A stretch of DNA of 64,000 nucleotides from Octopus sinensis (GCF_006345805.1 NC_043012.1:57226001-57290000); one strand, 5' to 3'. Shown: positions 35,781 to 48,777, counted from the stretch's first letter. The notes: a model not told the origin generated them from the letters alone. A program made the numbers and translations.

Positions 35781-36644
35781 TATTATTATTATCATTATTA
35801 TTACACTTGTGTTTGTCTTGTTATTAAGGTTGGAAAAAAATCAACCCTATTTATAAAAAAATTTGGATCTTGGTGAGCACCCCCTAAACAAATTTTTTTC
35901 TTGCACTTTTGAACATTGAAAGACAAAACAGTGTACAAGTTGACTCCAAAGAAGAAATTCTCTTTCTAGACAATATGGGTGAAAACACACCACTAGGCCA
36001 ATCAATGACATCATTGGACCACAGGAAATATACATTTCTGTGCTATTATGCTTCAGCAGCTATCTATACTGAGCTGTCATTTATGGCTGCTAAGACCTGG
36101 TTGCTCTTATATTAGAATAGCAAACAGTACATTTGCTGACATGCAAAAAGCTTTGTCAAACTGGAATAAATTAATTAGATGCACAATAAGGAACATTCAA
36201 TGAGATATAATTATGCATAATCATATCTAACATCTTCATGTACGTTTAGACATGGAAAAACAATGAGCTGAACAAGCTGTCGTTCCGTGTCTGAATGTGC
36301 ATGATGATATTAAGAAAGAAAGAAATTAGAACATAAGAGTTAATTGATTTATGAAAGAAAAACTGAATAAATATTACAATTTCTTAAGCCTTTTTTTTTT
36401 TTATTGTGGAAATCAGATATATCCATTTGAAATTCCCTTTACTGCAGGAAGCAGTTTTATACAGCAATCTATCTTTTGTAGAAGGATGTCATGTTTGGAA
36501 CTATTTTTTGTTGAGATCTGTCAAGTTTAATGAGGTGACATGTCTCAGAAAACACCAAATCTATTTTTTGGCAGATATATAGCATCATTACTCGAATAAC
36601 CATGAAATTTAGTTTCATAATTAAAAGATTAAGTAAATAATCCA

Positions 36645-36858
36645 TTTCTGCTAAAGGCGCAAGACCTAAAATTTTGTGGGAGGGAACTAGTTGATTACAA
36701 TGACCTCAGTGTTTCATTGGTACTTAATTTATTGATCCCAAAAGGATGAAAGGCAAAGTTGACCTCAGTGGAATTTGAACTCAGAACACAAGGGACAGAT
36801 GAAACACTGCTAAGCATTTTGCCTGAGATGCTAACAATTCTCCCAGCTCACCGCCTTG
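36645..36858 (-). mobile_element. SINE family B copy
   Basis: Colinear with the units at 306-1009, more diverged. Confidence 0.75.
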
Positions 36859-37346
36859 GGTTAAGTAAATAATAATAAGACACATATTTGTCTACCACAA
36901 TATATTATAAAGTCTACCACAATATATTACTGGTATTTGTTATATGATACTGGCATTGACCATACAAGGATGAAATGTGCAGGCATGGCTGTGTGGTTAA
37001 TAAGCTCACTTTGCAAGCATGTGACTTTAGGTTCAATCCTGCTGCATGGCACTTGTTTTATACTATAGCCCCAAGCTAACCAATACCTTAGGAGGGATTA
37101 TGATAGAATATGTGGGTCCCTATCATAGGAGCATCCCTCAACTTTTTCCTTCTCAAAGGGTTTTCAAACCCAATATTTACAGGCTATTATTTATAGCTTT
37201 AACTGCTTCATGCTTCACCAGTAGAACTGATTTATTTCACATTCTCTTAAAGTTTCTAAATTCTCATGGCATCAACAATATGTGTGTGTGTCTTTGTGTT
37301 TGTCCCCTCCCCACTTGACAACCACTGGTTTGTTTAACCCTAAATA

Positions 37347-37413
<67 letters not shown>

Positions 37414-38381
37414 TAATAACATCGAAAAATACCTTTGAATGAGAACCCAGGTATGAAATTTCCCTAAGACACCTGAAACGTGTCAACAACAAACAAGATG
37501 AGGACAAATATCTGTCAAATGTAAATAATAGTGGTTTGGCGAAAGAGACCGATAGAATAAGTACTAGGCTTATAAAGAATAAGTCCTGAGGTCGATTTGC
37601 TCGACTAAAGGCGGTACTCCAGCATGGCCGCAGTCAAACGGCTAAAACAAGTAAAAGAGTAAAGAGTAATATAAATAAAGACAGTGTATATCAGAAGAAA
37701 TATGGCAAGAAAAGAGTAGGTCCTTCAGTCACTCCATGGTGGGCTTGAATGAGCTTTGATAAGAAACAGTAACAGACTTTGCCTCGATATCAACTGACAC
37801 CAATTAATAAATCATTACTTCTATCTTGATATCTATCAACTTCCTTATATTGAATTTCCTACAATAGATTCTACAGTCAAGTGTACAGTCAGAAATTCCG
37901 CTCCGCAATAACAATAAGAGATAACAATGAATTTGAAGCTGATAGATTCTTGTTCTAGTCTACAAGGTTATCGTTTGGTGTTACTATGCCACAAGGACTT
38001 TTCAGAGTTATAGATAGTAAAATTGCTGACAATAGCATCAAAGGAGATCAGTCTTAGCCTGAAGGTGTTATTGTCATTGACAAAACTATTACAGAGTGTA
38101 ATGGAAACTAGGATTACAATAATTCGGCGACTAAGAGTCTTGGTATGGAATTTATAATGCTGAACAGTTATTGAACTGGCAGAACCATTAGCATGTTGGA
38201 CAAAATGCTCAGCAGCATTTCTTTTGCTTCTACGTTCTGAGTTCAAATTCTGCTGATGCTCACTTTGCCTTTCAATTTTTGTGGGGGTTGATAAAATAAG
38301 TACCAGTCATGCACTGGGGTCAATGAAAACAGCTGGATGCCTCATCATAAAATTTCAGGCTTTGTGCCAAAATTAGAGAGA

Positions 38382-38414
<33 letters not shown>

Positions 38415-38416
<2 letters not shown>

Positions 38417-38640
38417 GGCGGTGAAAGGTGGCGTTCTGGCAGAATCGTTAGCATGCTGGGAAAAATGCATAGCGGTATTTCGCCCGTTGCTACATTCTGA
38501 GTTCAAATTCTGCCGAGGTCGACTTTGCCTTTCATCCTTTCGAGGGTCGATAAATTAAGTATCAGTTGAATACTGGGGTTGATGTAATCGACTCATCCCC
38601 TCTCCTAAAATAGCTGCCCTTGTGGCAAAATTAGAAACCA
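38415..38640 (+). mobile_element. SINE family B copy inserted in the (TAT)n tail of another copy
   Basis: Head begins directly after (TAT)n at 38385-38414. Confidence 0.75.
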
Positions 38641-39432
38641 TTATCATTGTTGTTATTATTATTATTATTACTATTATTAAGGTGGTGCTCCAGCATGGCC
38701 ACAGTCAAATGACTGAAACAAGTAAAAGAGTAAAGAGTAATAATACATTATTTAATGAATTTTCAATGTCTTTAGCCATTATCATTTTTTTTACAATGAG
38801 TTGATGTAACTTAAAGGAAATTTAACCGTTATGTATGGCAGCTTGGAGCCTTCTATGTCGGCCAGGGAGCAGAGATGTAATAAATACATACACGAAATAG
38901 TGGCAAGAAAAAAAAAACATGCCACAAAGTCTGTGTAATTAGAGTGGAAGAGGAGGGTTAGAGAGGGTAGTAGGGTCTGGGTGAAGAGGAAGAGAGATAA
39001 AAGATAAAAAAAGCACGTGAGGGTGGAAGGAGTAAAATGGGGTTAAGGTGAGGGGTGAGTAAAATTAATTTAGATTTAATCTTTAAATGTTAGGCAATAA
39101 ACAAAGAGGAATTAGCATGGGGAAAAAATATAGTGGTGGTGGTGGTGGTGGTAGTGGTAGAAATGGTAGATGGCAGGGATGTAAGTGATGATGATGATGA
39201 TGTAGTGTTGGATTTAGGTGTAAGCAACACAAATTCCATCTCGGGATTGCACAAGGACGTTGAAATAATTAGAAGTCGCAAGTGTGGCTGTGTGGGCAAG
39301 AACTTTACTTCCCAACCACATAGTTCTGTGTTCAATCTCACTGCATGGCACCTTAGACGAGTTTTCTTTTACTGTAGCTCCCAGCCTGTCCAAAGCCTTG
39401 AGAGTGAATTTGGTAGACAGAAACTGAGTAGA

Positions 39433-39663
39433 AGGCGGCGAGCTGGCAGAAACGTTAGCACGCTGGGCGAAATGCTTAGCGGTATTTCGTCTGCTGTTAC
39501 GTTCTGAGTTCAAATTCCACCGAGGTCGACTTTGCTTTCATCTTTTCGGGGTCGATAAATTAAGTACCAGTTATGCACTGGAGTCAATGTAATCGACTTA
39601 ATCCCTTTGTCTGTCCTTGTTTGTCCCCTCTGTGTTTAGCCCCTTGTGGGTAATAAAGGAATA
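39433..39663 (+). mobile_element. SINE family B (alternative tail) inserted into a family A copy
   Basis: Full head aggcggcgagctggcagaa; 16-bp TSD AGAAA(C/T)TGAGTAGAAG at 39419-34 and 39664-79. Confidence 0.85.
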
Positions 39664-41173
39664 AGAAATTGAGTAGAAGCCATCATATATATGTGTGTGT
39701 GAGCGTGAGTGCATATATATATATATATATTTTATTTAATTTGTTTCAGTCATTTGACTGCGGTCATGCTAGTGCACTGCTTTAGTTGAACAAATCAACC
39801 CCAGCACTTATTCTTTGTAAGCCTAGCACTTATTCTATCAATTGCTTTTGCCGAACCACTAAGATACAGGGACATAAACCACCAACATCGGTTGTCAAGC
39901 GATGTTGTGGGGACAATCACAGACACACAAACACACACACACACAAATGTAAAAAGGGGCAAACTAAAAGTCTGAAAACAAACAAAGATGTTTAGGACAA
40001 ACTTAAGAAAAACATTTTGGATAAGTAAAGAGTTAATATGATGAGCCAGAGAAGAAGGTCATTAAATGGTAACTTGAAATGCCAAAGGCAGCAGTCAAAT
40101 AGTAGCACAAATTGGACTTTACCATCTGAAAATGGAATATCAGTATAACTTCCACACTCTATTTCAGAAAACGGCGCCCCCGCACCTCATCCGGTGCCAC
40201 TCACGGACAATTTTTTCCTGGTTAAATCACAACTGTGAGGGTACAAATAATTACTGTAAATTACTAATTATGCAATTATTATTAATTATTGCAATTATTA
40301 ATTACTGTGTTTGTGAATAGCCCACAATTTACAATAATAGAGCAATAATTATTATTACAGTGATGAACGGAGAATATAAATTGTATTATTGGATAATTCT
40401 TTTCATTGGGTAATGAATAAAAACATGAAAATAAATCTCTAATTAGTTTTAATAGTATTTATTTGAAACATCATAATTATGTTTCTTCTTAATTGTCTCT
40501 TAATTGGGGAAATGGCCCAGGAGAGAAATTATCCATGGGCTACTTTGTTGTCCTATGAGGGCCGATAGGAACAATTAGCCAAGGGGGTGCAATTTGGTCC
40601 ATTTGAATTTTAAAAAGGACATGTTGAAGAATGCGGGCTGGGGCTGGTCGTGGCTGGATTGTCTTTGATCACAAGTCTGCTAGATCAAGGCTAACCTGAA
40701 GGTAAACTACAATAACATCAACAACAACAATATAAAGATGAACAAAAGAGGGGAAATCTCTCAGTCAATCAGAGACACACTGCGGCCCATGGGACATTCT
40801 GAGTGGCATTAATGAGAAATTATTTTTCGTGGTGTGACTCATCTGATAATGAGCCATGTCTTCATGTGGCTCAAAAATGATTGCTCATGCCTGCGCTAAG
40901 TGACTGACCCGCTAAAAATAACAGCCATATCTTCCTCAAATCACACTCTAAAGAAGGACAGCCGAGATAATGCTGTTCTAGATATACTATTCTTTCTTTC
41001 TTTTTTTTTTTTAAATTCAGTTAATTTAGTCATTTGGGAGAGGCTATGCTGGAGTACCATTGCACCACCCGTGAACAGTTTTATTTAATCAAACTGACCC
41101 CAGAATTATTATTTGTTTTTTTAAGTCTAGTGCTTATTCAATTTTTTTTTTTTTTTGCTGAACTGTTAGGTTA

Positions 41174-41209
<36 letters not shown>

Positions 41210-41907
41210 TTAACATCCATCTTCCATGCTGGCATGGGTTGGACGGCTTGACAGGATCTGGCCACGTAGAAGACTACACCAGGCTGCTGTGTCGGTTTTG
41301 GTAGGGTTTTTACGGCTGGGTGCTCTTCCTAACACCGACCACCCCATAGACTGGACTGAGTGCTTTTTACAGAAATGTAAACAAACCAATCCACCGCCAC
41401 CACCACCACCACCATCACCGCCATCATCATCATCATCAACAACACCATCACCATTGGTTGGACAGTTTGACAGAAGCTGGTAAGCCAGAGGACTGTGCGA
41501 GGCTCTGCTGTCTGCTTTGGCACGGTCTCAATGGCTTGATGCCCTTCCTGATGCCAACCATTTTACAATGTATACTGGGAACTTTTCTCATGCCACTGAC
41601 ACTAGGAAGTTTGTTATGCAGTCCGCGAGACTGTGAAATCTGAAGTGATGTAGGAAAGGTGTTCTATGCAATGAGATGAGAGATTAAATTACTGACAAGA
41701 ATGACCCGGGATGGAGTATGGAGGCTCAAATAGGTTCTTGTAGAAGAGCTACATGGGTATTCACATTTAGAAAAGAAGGTGAGAACATAAAATGATGATG
41801 ATGATGATAATACTTGTCGTGATGATGATGAAGATGATGATGATTATGATGATGATATCTGACAAAGAGACACAAGTCTACAAAACCTAGAGGACGAGTA
41901 TACAATA

Positions 41908-42113
41908 CTCTCTTCTACTCTAGGCACAAGGCCCAAAATTCTTTGGAGAAGGCACCAGTCAATTAGATTGACCCTGGTACACAACTGGTACTTAATTTAT
42001 GGATGAAAGGCAAAGCCAACCTCAGTGGAATTTGAACTCAGAACGTAAAGACAGATGAAATACCGCTAAGCATTTCACCCGGCGTGCTAACGATTCTGCC
42101 AGTTCGCCGCCTT
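41908..42113 (-). mobile_element. SINE family B copy
   Basis: Colinear with the units at 306-1009. Confidence 0.8.
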
Positions 42114-42428
42114 AACGACTATTCAATATTACATATGACCTCAGTATATTACTGGTACTAATTTTAATCATGGAACAATGAAAGGAAAGATCAGTAGTAA
42201 AGATACTTTGTTTTTCTTTTTATTTTTGCAATTATTTATATTTATGCTAAATTAATTCCATTACCTTCTCGTAAAAACGGCTAATGTTAGTCGGCAACAA
42301 CGCATATAAGTCATCTAAATTCAGACTTCATTGATGGCAAGATTAAACCATGTCTGAAAATGTAAAAGAAAAGAATAAAAGAATTACTAAATGCCAGCCA
42401 AATGATGTAAAGATACAGATATATATAT

Positions 42429-42803
42429 ACGAGTAAAACGCCCCCCCCCCGTCCAATGGACAGTGCTGAGTTGTCAAACATTTAAACCAAATTTTCTCAA
42501 AACAACTTGTCCAACCGTCCCATAGGCCTCCCCTTTGAGAAACACTGATTTAACCTAAATTTGAGACACCAGCAAAAGAAGAAATAAAGATAGACTTTTT
42601 TCTATTCCAAAGAAAAACGATTTTATTCACTTTATCGAGCGCATTCTCACCTGGAATCGATTCTTGTAATTTCTTCAAGACTTATACACGCACTTATACT
42701 GTCGGTATCTACATATCAAATTTGAATGCAATCAGATGGAAGGATGCCTGAGATCCTAGAAGACACATACACAGACAGACAGAATGGATTTTATATAATA
42801 GAT
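42429..42803 (+). mobile_element. Helentron/DINE-1-like element, second family
   Basis: 3' end aaatttgaatgcaatcagatg...cctgagatcc...acagacagacag...ttttatataatagat is typical of DINE-1/Lep1-type ends. Confidence 0.45.
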
Positions 42804-43226
42804 ATTTGGATTAGGATGGCTAAGTGGGTAAAGTATAAGACTACTCGCCCATAAGTTGTGAGTTCAAGTCCACAGCAAGGTATTTGTGGTATTTAGAACA
42901 GAAGCACTTTAGACTAAATTGCCACAGCTTATTGAGTCACATGACTCTTGGTCATTTGTAGCTTAAATCCCACCTTGGACTGTGGCCATGCTGGGGCACT
43001 GCTTTGAATAACTGTAGGTAAACAAACAAACCCAAGTATTAAATTAAAAGTCTGGTACTTACTCTATCAGTATCTTTAGCTGAACTGTTAAGTTATAGAG
43101 ATGTAAACAAACCAATACTGGTTAATCCAAACAAGAAAACACAGAAAAAAAGATAAAAAAACACAGCAACGCGAGGACGTGGAACAATTAAAGTATTATT
43201 GACGCTCAGGAAAGAAGGGAAGGAGG

Positions 43227-43261
43227 GTTTAACGTTTCGAGCAGAGCTCTTCGTCGGAAAC
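43227..43261 (-). ncRNA. Minimal hammerhead motif with one core substitution
   Basis: GTTT | CCGACGA | aGAGC-tct-GCTC | GAAAC | GTT^ | AAAC. Confidence 0.6.
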
Positions 43262-43381
43262 AAGGAGAAGGAAAGATCTCAAGAAGGGAAGACAGAGGAA
43301 AAAATATTTTTGCTGGTGGTGCTCATACATGCACACACACACACACACACACACATATGAATACATACATATCTATCTATC

Positions 43382-43441
<60 letters not shown>

Positions 43442-43613
43442 AATTAAGAAATAAACTCAGATTAGGCAATCATACTCATACATTTATAAATTTGACATAA
43501 AATGTATGAGCATGATTGCCTAATTTGAGTTTATATTTTAATTTCTATCTTTTGTCTCGGTTGACCCAAGCACTTCTTTTTAGTAGTTATATATATTTCA
43601 TAAGAAAGAACAA

Positions 43614-43655
<42 letters not shown>

Positions 43656-44600
43656 CACATATATACAAACATATATTATATTTATCTATATGTATATATA
43701 TATATATATAAACACACACATATATATACATATATACATATCTATCTATCTATCTATCTATCTATATATATATATATATATATATACACGATGGGCTTCT
43801 TTTCATTTTCTTCAAACAGAGCCACTCAAAAATCTTTGGTCAGCCTGGAGCTACAGTAGAAGACACTTACTCAAGGTGCCATGCAGTGGGACTGAACCAG
43901 AAACTATGCAGTTGCAAAATGAGCTTCTTAACCACACAGTCACACTGGCATAATTGACAATATAATGATCTGGAGAGCCCCCCCCCCCCAATCAATGTTT
44001 GACATTAGCATTACAATGATATAAAATAACGACAATGAAAAAAAAAAAACCTCCCCAAAAAACCTGCAATATCTTCTCCAGTGCATTCAATATTCATAAA
44101 CATTTCGAAAATTAATCTGCTGTTTGACAGTTTTGCTTTTTTGCACCTCAACTGTACGAGCATATTAGAGATACTAAAGATATTCCCATTTATATAGACA
44201 ACTTCATATATTTTAATACCATTTTAACAAAACAAAAAAAAAAAGAAAAAAAAAAGAAAAAAGTATCTACATATCTCGCAAATATATGTATACACAAAAA
44301 TCTCATATCAGCTCCCCACCCTGAATTTATCTGCTTTTTTAACAATTCTGCTTTTCCACCTCATTTGTATGAATGCATTAAATATAATAAATATATTCAT
44401 ATTTAGAAAATCTGATGGCAGGAAATGTTCACAATAATATATGTTAATATATAATGGTAATTATGAAAATAGAGGGAGATAAATGTTCAGTTTTATCTAT
44501 AAAATTACTTGTGAGAAATTTTATTTAATGGGATTATGGGATTAATTGAATATAAGGCATGTTCATCATCTTTAACCGTTTAATAAATATTAAAATATAC

Positions 44601-44633
<33 letters not shown>

Positions 44634-44639
44634 TATATA

Positions 44640-44698
<59 letters not shown>

Positions 44699-44725
44699 GT
44701 ATGTATATATATATATGTGTGTGTA

Positions 44726-44780
<55 letters not shown>

Positions 44781-45425
44781 ATAAATATACATGCTTAACA
44801 ACATTTTGTCTGTTTTTACGTTCTGAGTTCAAATTCTGCTGAGATCTACTTTGCCTTTCATCCTTTCAGGATCAATAAATTAAGTACCAGTGAAATACTG
44901 GGGGAGGTGGGGTGTTACGATGTTGAGCGCTGGTGTGAATTCTGCAAAACCTTTTTCTCTGATACTTTTATGCTTTCTGCTGATTAGCCACCTTGTAACA
45001 ATATACTCCAAAACTTCATTAAATCAGTATTTCTTAATTCTAAGACAAAAGATTATCTTAGAATATATATATAGTAAGTTAAAAAAAAAACATGTAATCA
45101 ATATACAAACAAATGGAAAACAGATACAGAAAGAAGGTCACCAAATCCTCATCAGTTTTCGGCCAGAGGGTCAAATGCAATTTACACCTTCAATGATAAT
45201 ATTGGTCTCCTCTGGTGGGGGCCAACAACAAGAAGCCGCTGAGAAATGGCAAGCCAATGAACAAGGGACCAAACATGATAGAAAGTGAACAAACAAACAA
45301 GAAATATGTAAATATGAGAAGCAGAAAGTGAACATGCAAATATGAAATAAATGTGATTCAAGACAAGACCATTAGTGAACAGAGAAGGTACAAAGATGAA
45401 AACAGACACGACAAAATGTGGACAT

Positions 45426-45496
45426 GGGCATATGGCGAAGTGGTTAAGAGTGTGGGCTACTAACCCCAAGATTCTGAGTTTGATTCCAGGCACTGA

Positions 45497-45550
<54 letters not shown>

Positions 45551-45694
45551 ACTGAAAAATACCTTAGGAATGAGAACCCAGGTTTGAAATTTCCCCAAGA
45601 CACCCGATGAAGGCTGGAGGGTATATCAGCCGAAATGTATTAACAACAAACAAGATGAGGACAAATATCCGTCAAATGTAAATAATGTAAATAA
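45426..45694 (+). mobile_element. tRNA-like SINE head plus (AAT)n plus hammerhead-bearing tail
   Basis: A-box TGGCGAAGTGG (45433-43), B-box-like gagtttgattcc (45476-87), (AAT)n 45501-48, then a tail shared with 37400-37530 and 60678-60795, ending (TGTAAATAA)2. Confidence 0.7.
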
Positions 45695-46751
45695 AATGTG
45701 GACTTACATATTGAAAGAGTAATCAGGTTTTTGTTTCAATCAGTTTAAAATGTTAGTAAATATTAGTGGAACCTTTTATTGTTAAAGACTGAGTTATGTT
45801 GGGATATCATTAGGGACTCAAGTGGTTCTTTTCTTTTTGTAGGTGATTCAGTAAACCAGGTTTTCAGGGTCCATCATTAACACAAACAGAAACACACACA
45901 CACACACACAGTGTCTTTTTTGCCAGCAAAATATAATTTATAAAGTGTAGGGTTTACTCAATACATGCTATACTCAACATATGTTATAAAGTATTGCGTT
46001 TATGTAAACAGAATTGCTTTTGCATGACTCCAGTTTCATGCCACAGTGATCATCAGGCAAGAACATTACTGTTCAATGGAGTGTCAAACTTACTGCACCA
46101 TAGGATAGAGGGTTCTTTTGCTGAGGTGCACTGTCTAGTGAAAGGATGTAGATATGTGGTTTATTGAAGGTCTGATGGAAAGTTTTAATTTCGATCACTT
46201 TAAAATAGAAAGTTTATATCCTAATGAACCACAGGTAGTCTTAGTTGGGGGTTTGTATCAAAAGGGTTAAATTTCTCCTCATATATCCTACCTGCACATG
46301 GGAGAAAATGGGTCCTCCAAAACCCAGCTAATGGTTATAGGGTCCCAATGTTAGTGCCAGAGAAATGTGTCGATAAGAGCAAGAACTTAATAAGATCAAG
46401 CACAGCATGGAACAAATGCTTTGATAAAAAAGGAAAAACAACAAAAACAAAAACCCATGCGTAAATACACACACACACACATTTTAATTAAATCTTATTA
46501 TTGTAAGATTTAATTATTATAATAAATAAATCTTTATTATTAGAAGATTTATTTATTTCTTATAATTAAATCTTATTAGATGATTTATTTATTTATCATA
46601 ATTAAATCTTATTATAAGATTTCATTATTGAAGACAGTAGAAAACAGCATCATTTCTGCACTTGACAAAAAAAAAAACATGGTGGCTTTCAATTACATGC
46701 CTTTATGTTCTGAGTTCAAATCCTACAAGGGCCAACTACAGTTGACTCTTT

Positions 46752-46984
46752 AAGGCGGCGGGCTGGCAGAAGCGTTAGCGTGCCAGGCGAAATGCTTAGT
46801 GGTATTTCATCTGCCGTCACGTTCTGAGTTCAAATTCCACCGAGATCGACTTTGCCTTTCATCCTTTCGAGGTCGATAAATTAAGTACCAGTTACGCACT
46901 GGGGTTGGTGTAATCAACTTAATCCCTTTGTCTGTCCTTGTTTGTCCCCTCTATGTTTAGCCCCTTGTGGGCAATAAAGAAATA
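46752..46984 (+). mobile_element. SINE family B (alternative tail)
   Basis: Near-identical to 39433-39663; flanking duplication acaaggg(c/t)caactaca. Confidence 0.85.
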
Positions 46985-47566
46985 ACAAGGGTCAACTACA
47001 ACAAAGAGGAACATGGCTTTATGCTAGGAGTTGAGGTATAAATGTATGAGAGTTTCTTGCTGTGGAAGAGACACATGGCTACTTGCAGTATACAAGAATG
47101 GATGTGAGTTCCAGGTGGGGAAGCTGACTGAATATTTTAAGATGAAGACTGGCCTTGCCTGGTGTTCGGGATTAACCTGCAAGATTCCTGTACTGGTGCC
47201 ATGTAAAAGCGCCCATGGCAGTGCCATGTAAAAGCACCCATGTGGCACCACATGAAAGTGAGTGTCATGAGGTGCCATTTAAAAGCGCCCATTTGGTGCC
47301 ATGTAGAAGCATCCACTCTGTAAAGTTGTTGTTGTTAGGAAGGGCATCCAACCATTGAAACTGTGCCAGAGCAGTTGAAGCCTGGTGCAGCTCTCCAGTT
47401 TCCTAGCTCTGATCAAGCTGTCTAACCCATGCTGGCACGGACAACGGAATGTTAAATGATTATGATGACGATGATGATGATATAAGAAAAAAGAAATACT
47501 AAATATTCTGTGTATTTTCTTCTTTACTCTTTGATTTACCATTCAAACTTCTAATCCTGCCTCAAC

Positions 47567-47935
47567 TTAACCCTTTAGCATTCAGATTATTCTGTCAAAT
47601 GAAACACTCATTTATTCACATTGTTTTGAATTAATCAGGCATTATTTCTTCCGTGTCCTTAACCCTTAAACATTCAAATTACTTTATCAAGGGTATGTTA
47701 AATGGAAAGCCTCCTCTTAACCCTTTCACATCTGGATTAATCTGTCAAATGTAATGTTTGTTTATTCGCACTGTTTTGAATTGAACACACATTATCTTAT
47801 AGCTTTGAGATTTCAATGATGGAATTATTTAATTTTAGAATGATATTGTTGGGTACATGTGAGAGGTAAGATCTGGCTGGTTTGAATATAAAACAGGATA
47901 TTTGGGCAGAACGTGGTTGGTTTAAATACGAAACG
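47567..47935 (+). mobile_element. piggyBac-like MITE cluster (three staggered TTAA-CCCTT starts)
   Basis: TTAA|CCCTT at 47567, 47659 and 47717, each followed by related sequence; the last copy is near full length. Confidence 0.55.
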
Positions 47936-48390
47936 ATCAATGTAGAAAGGAATGTTGTCCGTACAAAAGCTGATCATCAGAAGCATGTCATATATATGAA
48001 TAAATTATTTTGAAAATGGTGAATGTCATTTTTGTTTTTTCTATAAAATAAATTTTTTTGTTAAATTTTATTCGCAGCAGACATCTTATCTTGTAGAACC
48101 TAAAGATATTTTCATGGAGGCTTTGTGGTTTCTCAGAGTCTACTTTGAGAAAAACTGGTATGTCTGTCTTAATGAAGAGAATTACATGAATTTGAGGATT
48201 TTTGTGGTGTCTGTGTTGACAAGAGTCAGTACAGTTAATACTATATAAATATTTTAGCAGTTTGGCAAAAGAGAATGATACAATAAGTACTAGGCTTACA
48301 AAGAATAAGTGCTAAGGTCGATTTGCTCGACTAAAGGTGGTGCTCCAGCATAGCCACAGTCAAATGACTGAAACAAATAAAAGTATAAAA

Positions 48391-48425
<35 letters not shown>

Positions 48426-48777
48426 AAAAGGTTAATACGAAAGGTGGAGTGTAACTAGAGGCACAGCAATCGTTTTGGATTCATTCTGCACTGCTCCCTA
48501 GTGGATATGGAATGATGTAATAACACCAGATGCAATGCACATTGCAAAAGAACCTCATCAGATTACGTAAGGTGCTTCACCAGTTCCCAGATTAACATTT
48601 CATTTTTGCTTCAAGTTATATGCTGATGGTGGGATTCTAGTAGTTTAGACACATTTGGTAAAGTATATGTATATATATATCTAATATAGGATAGAATTTT
48701 TTGAAAATAAATTCTATCAATGGCCAGCATATTAAAAAATACCTTTAAAAAAAAAAGGTTAAACCTTTAAATTTAAC

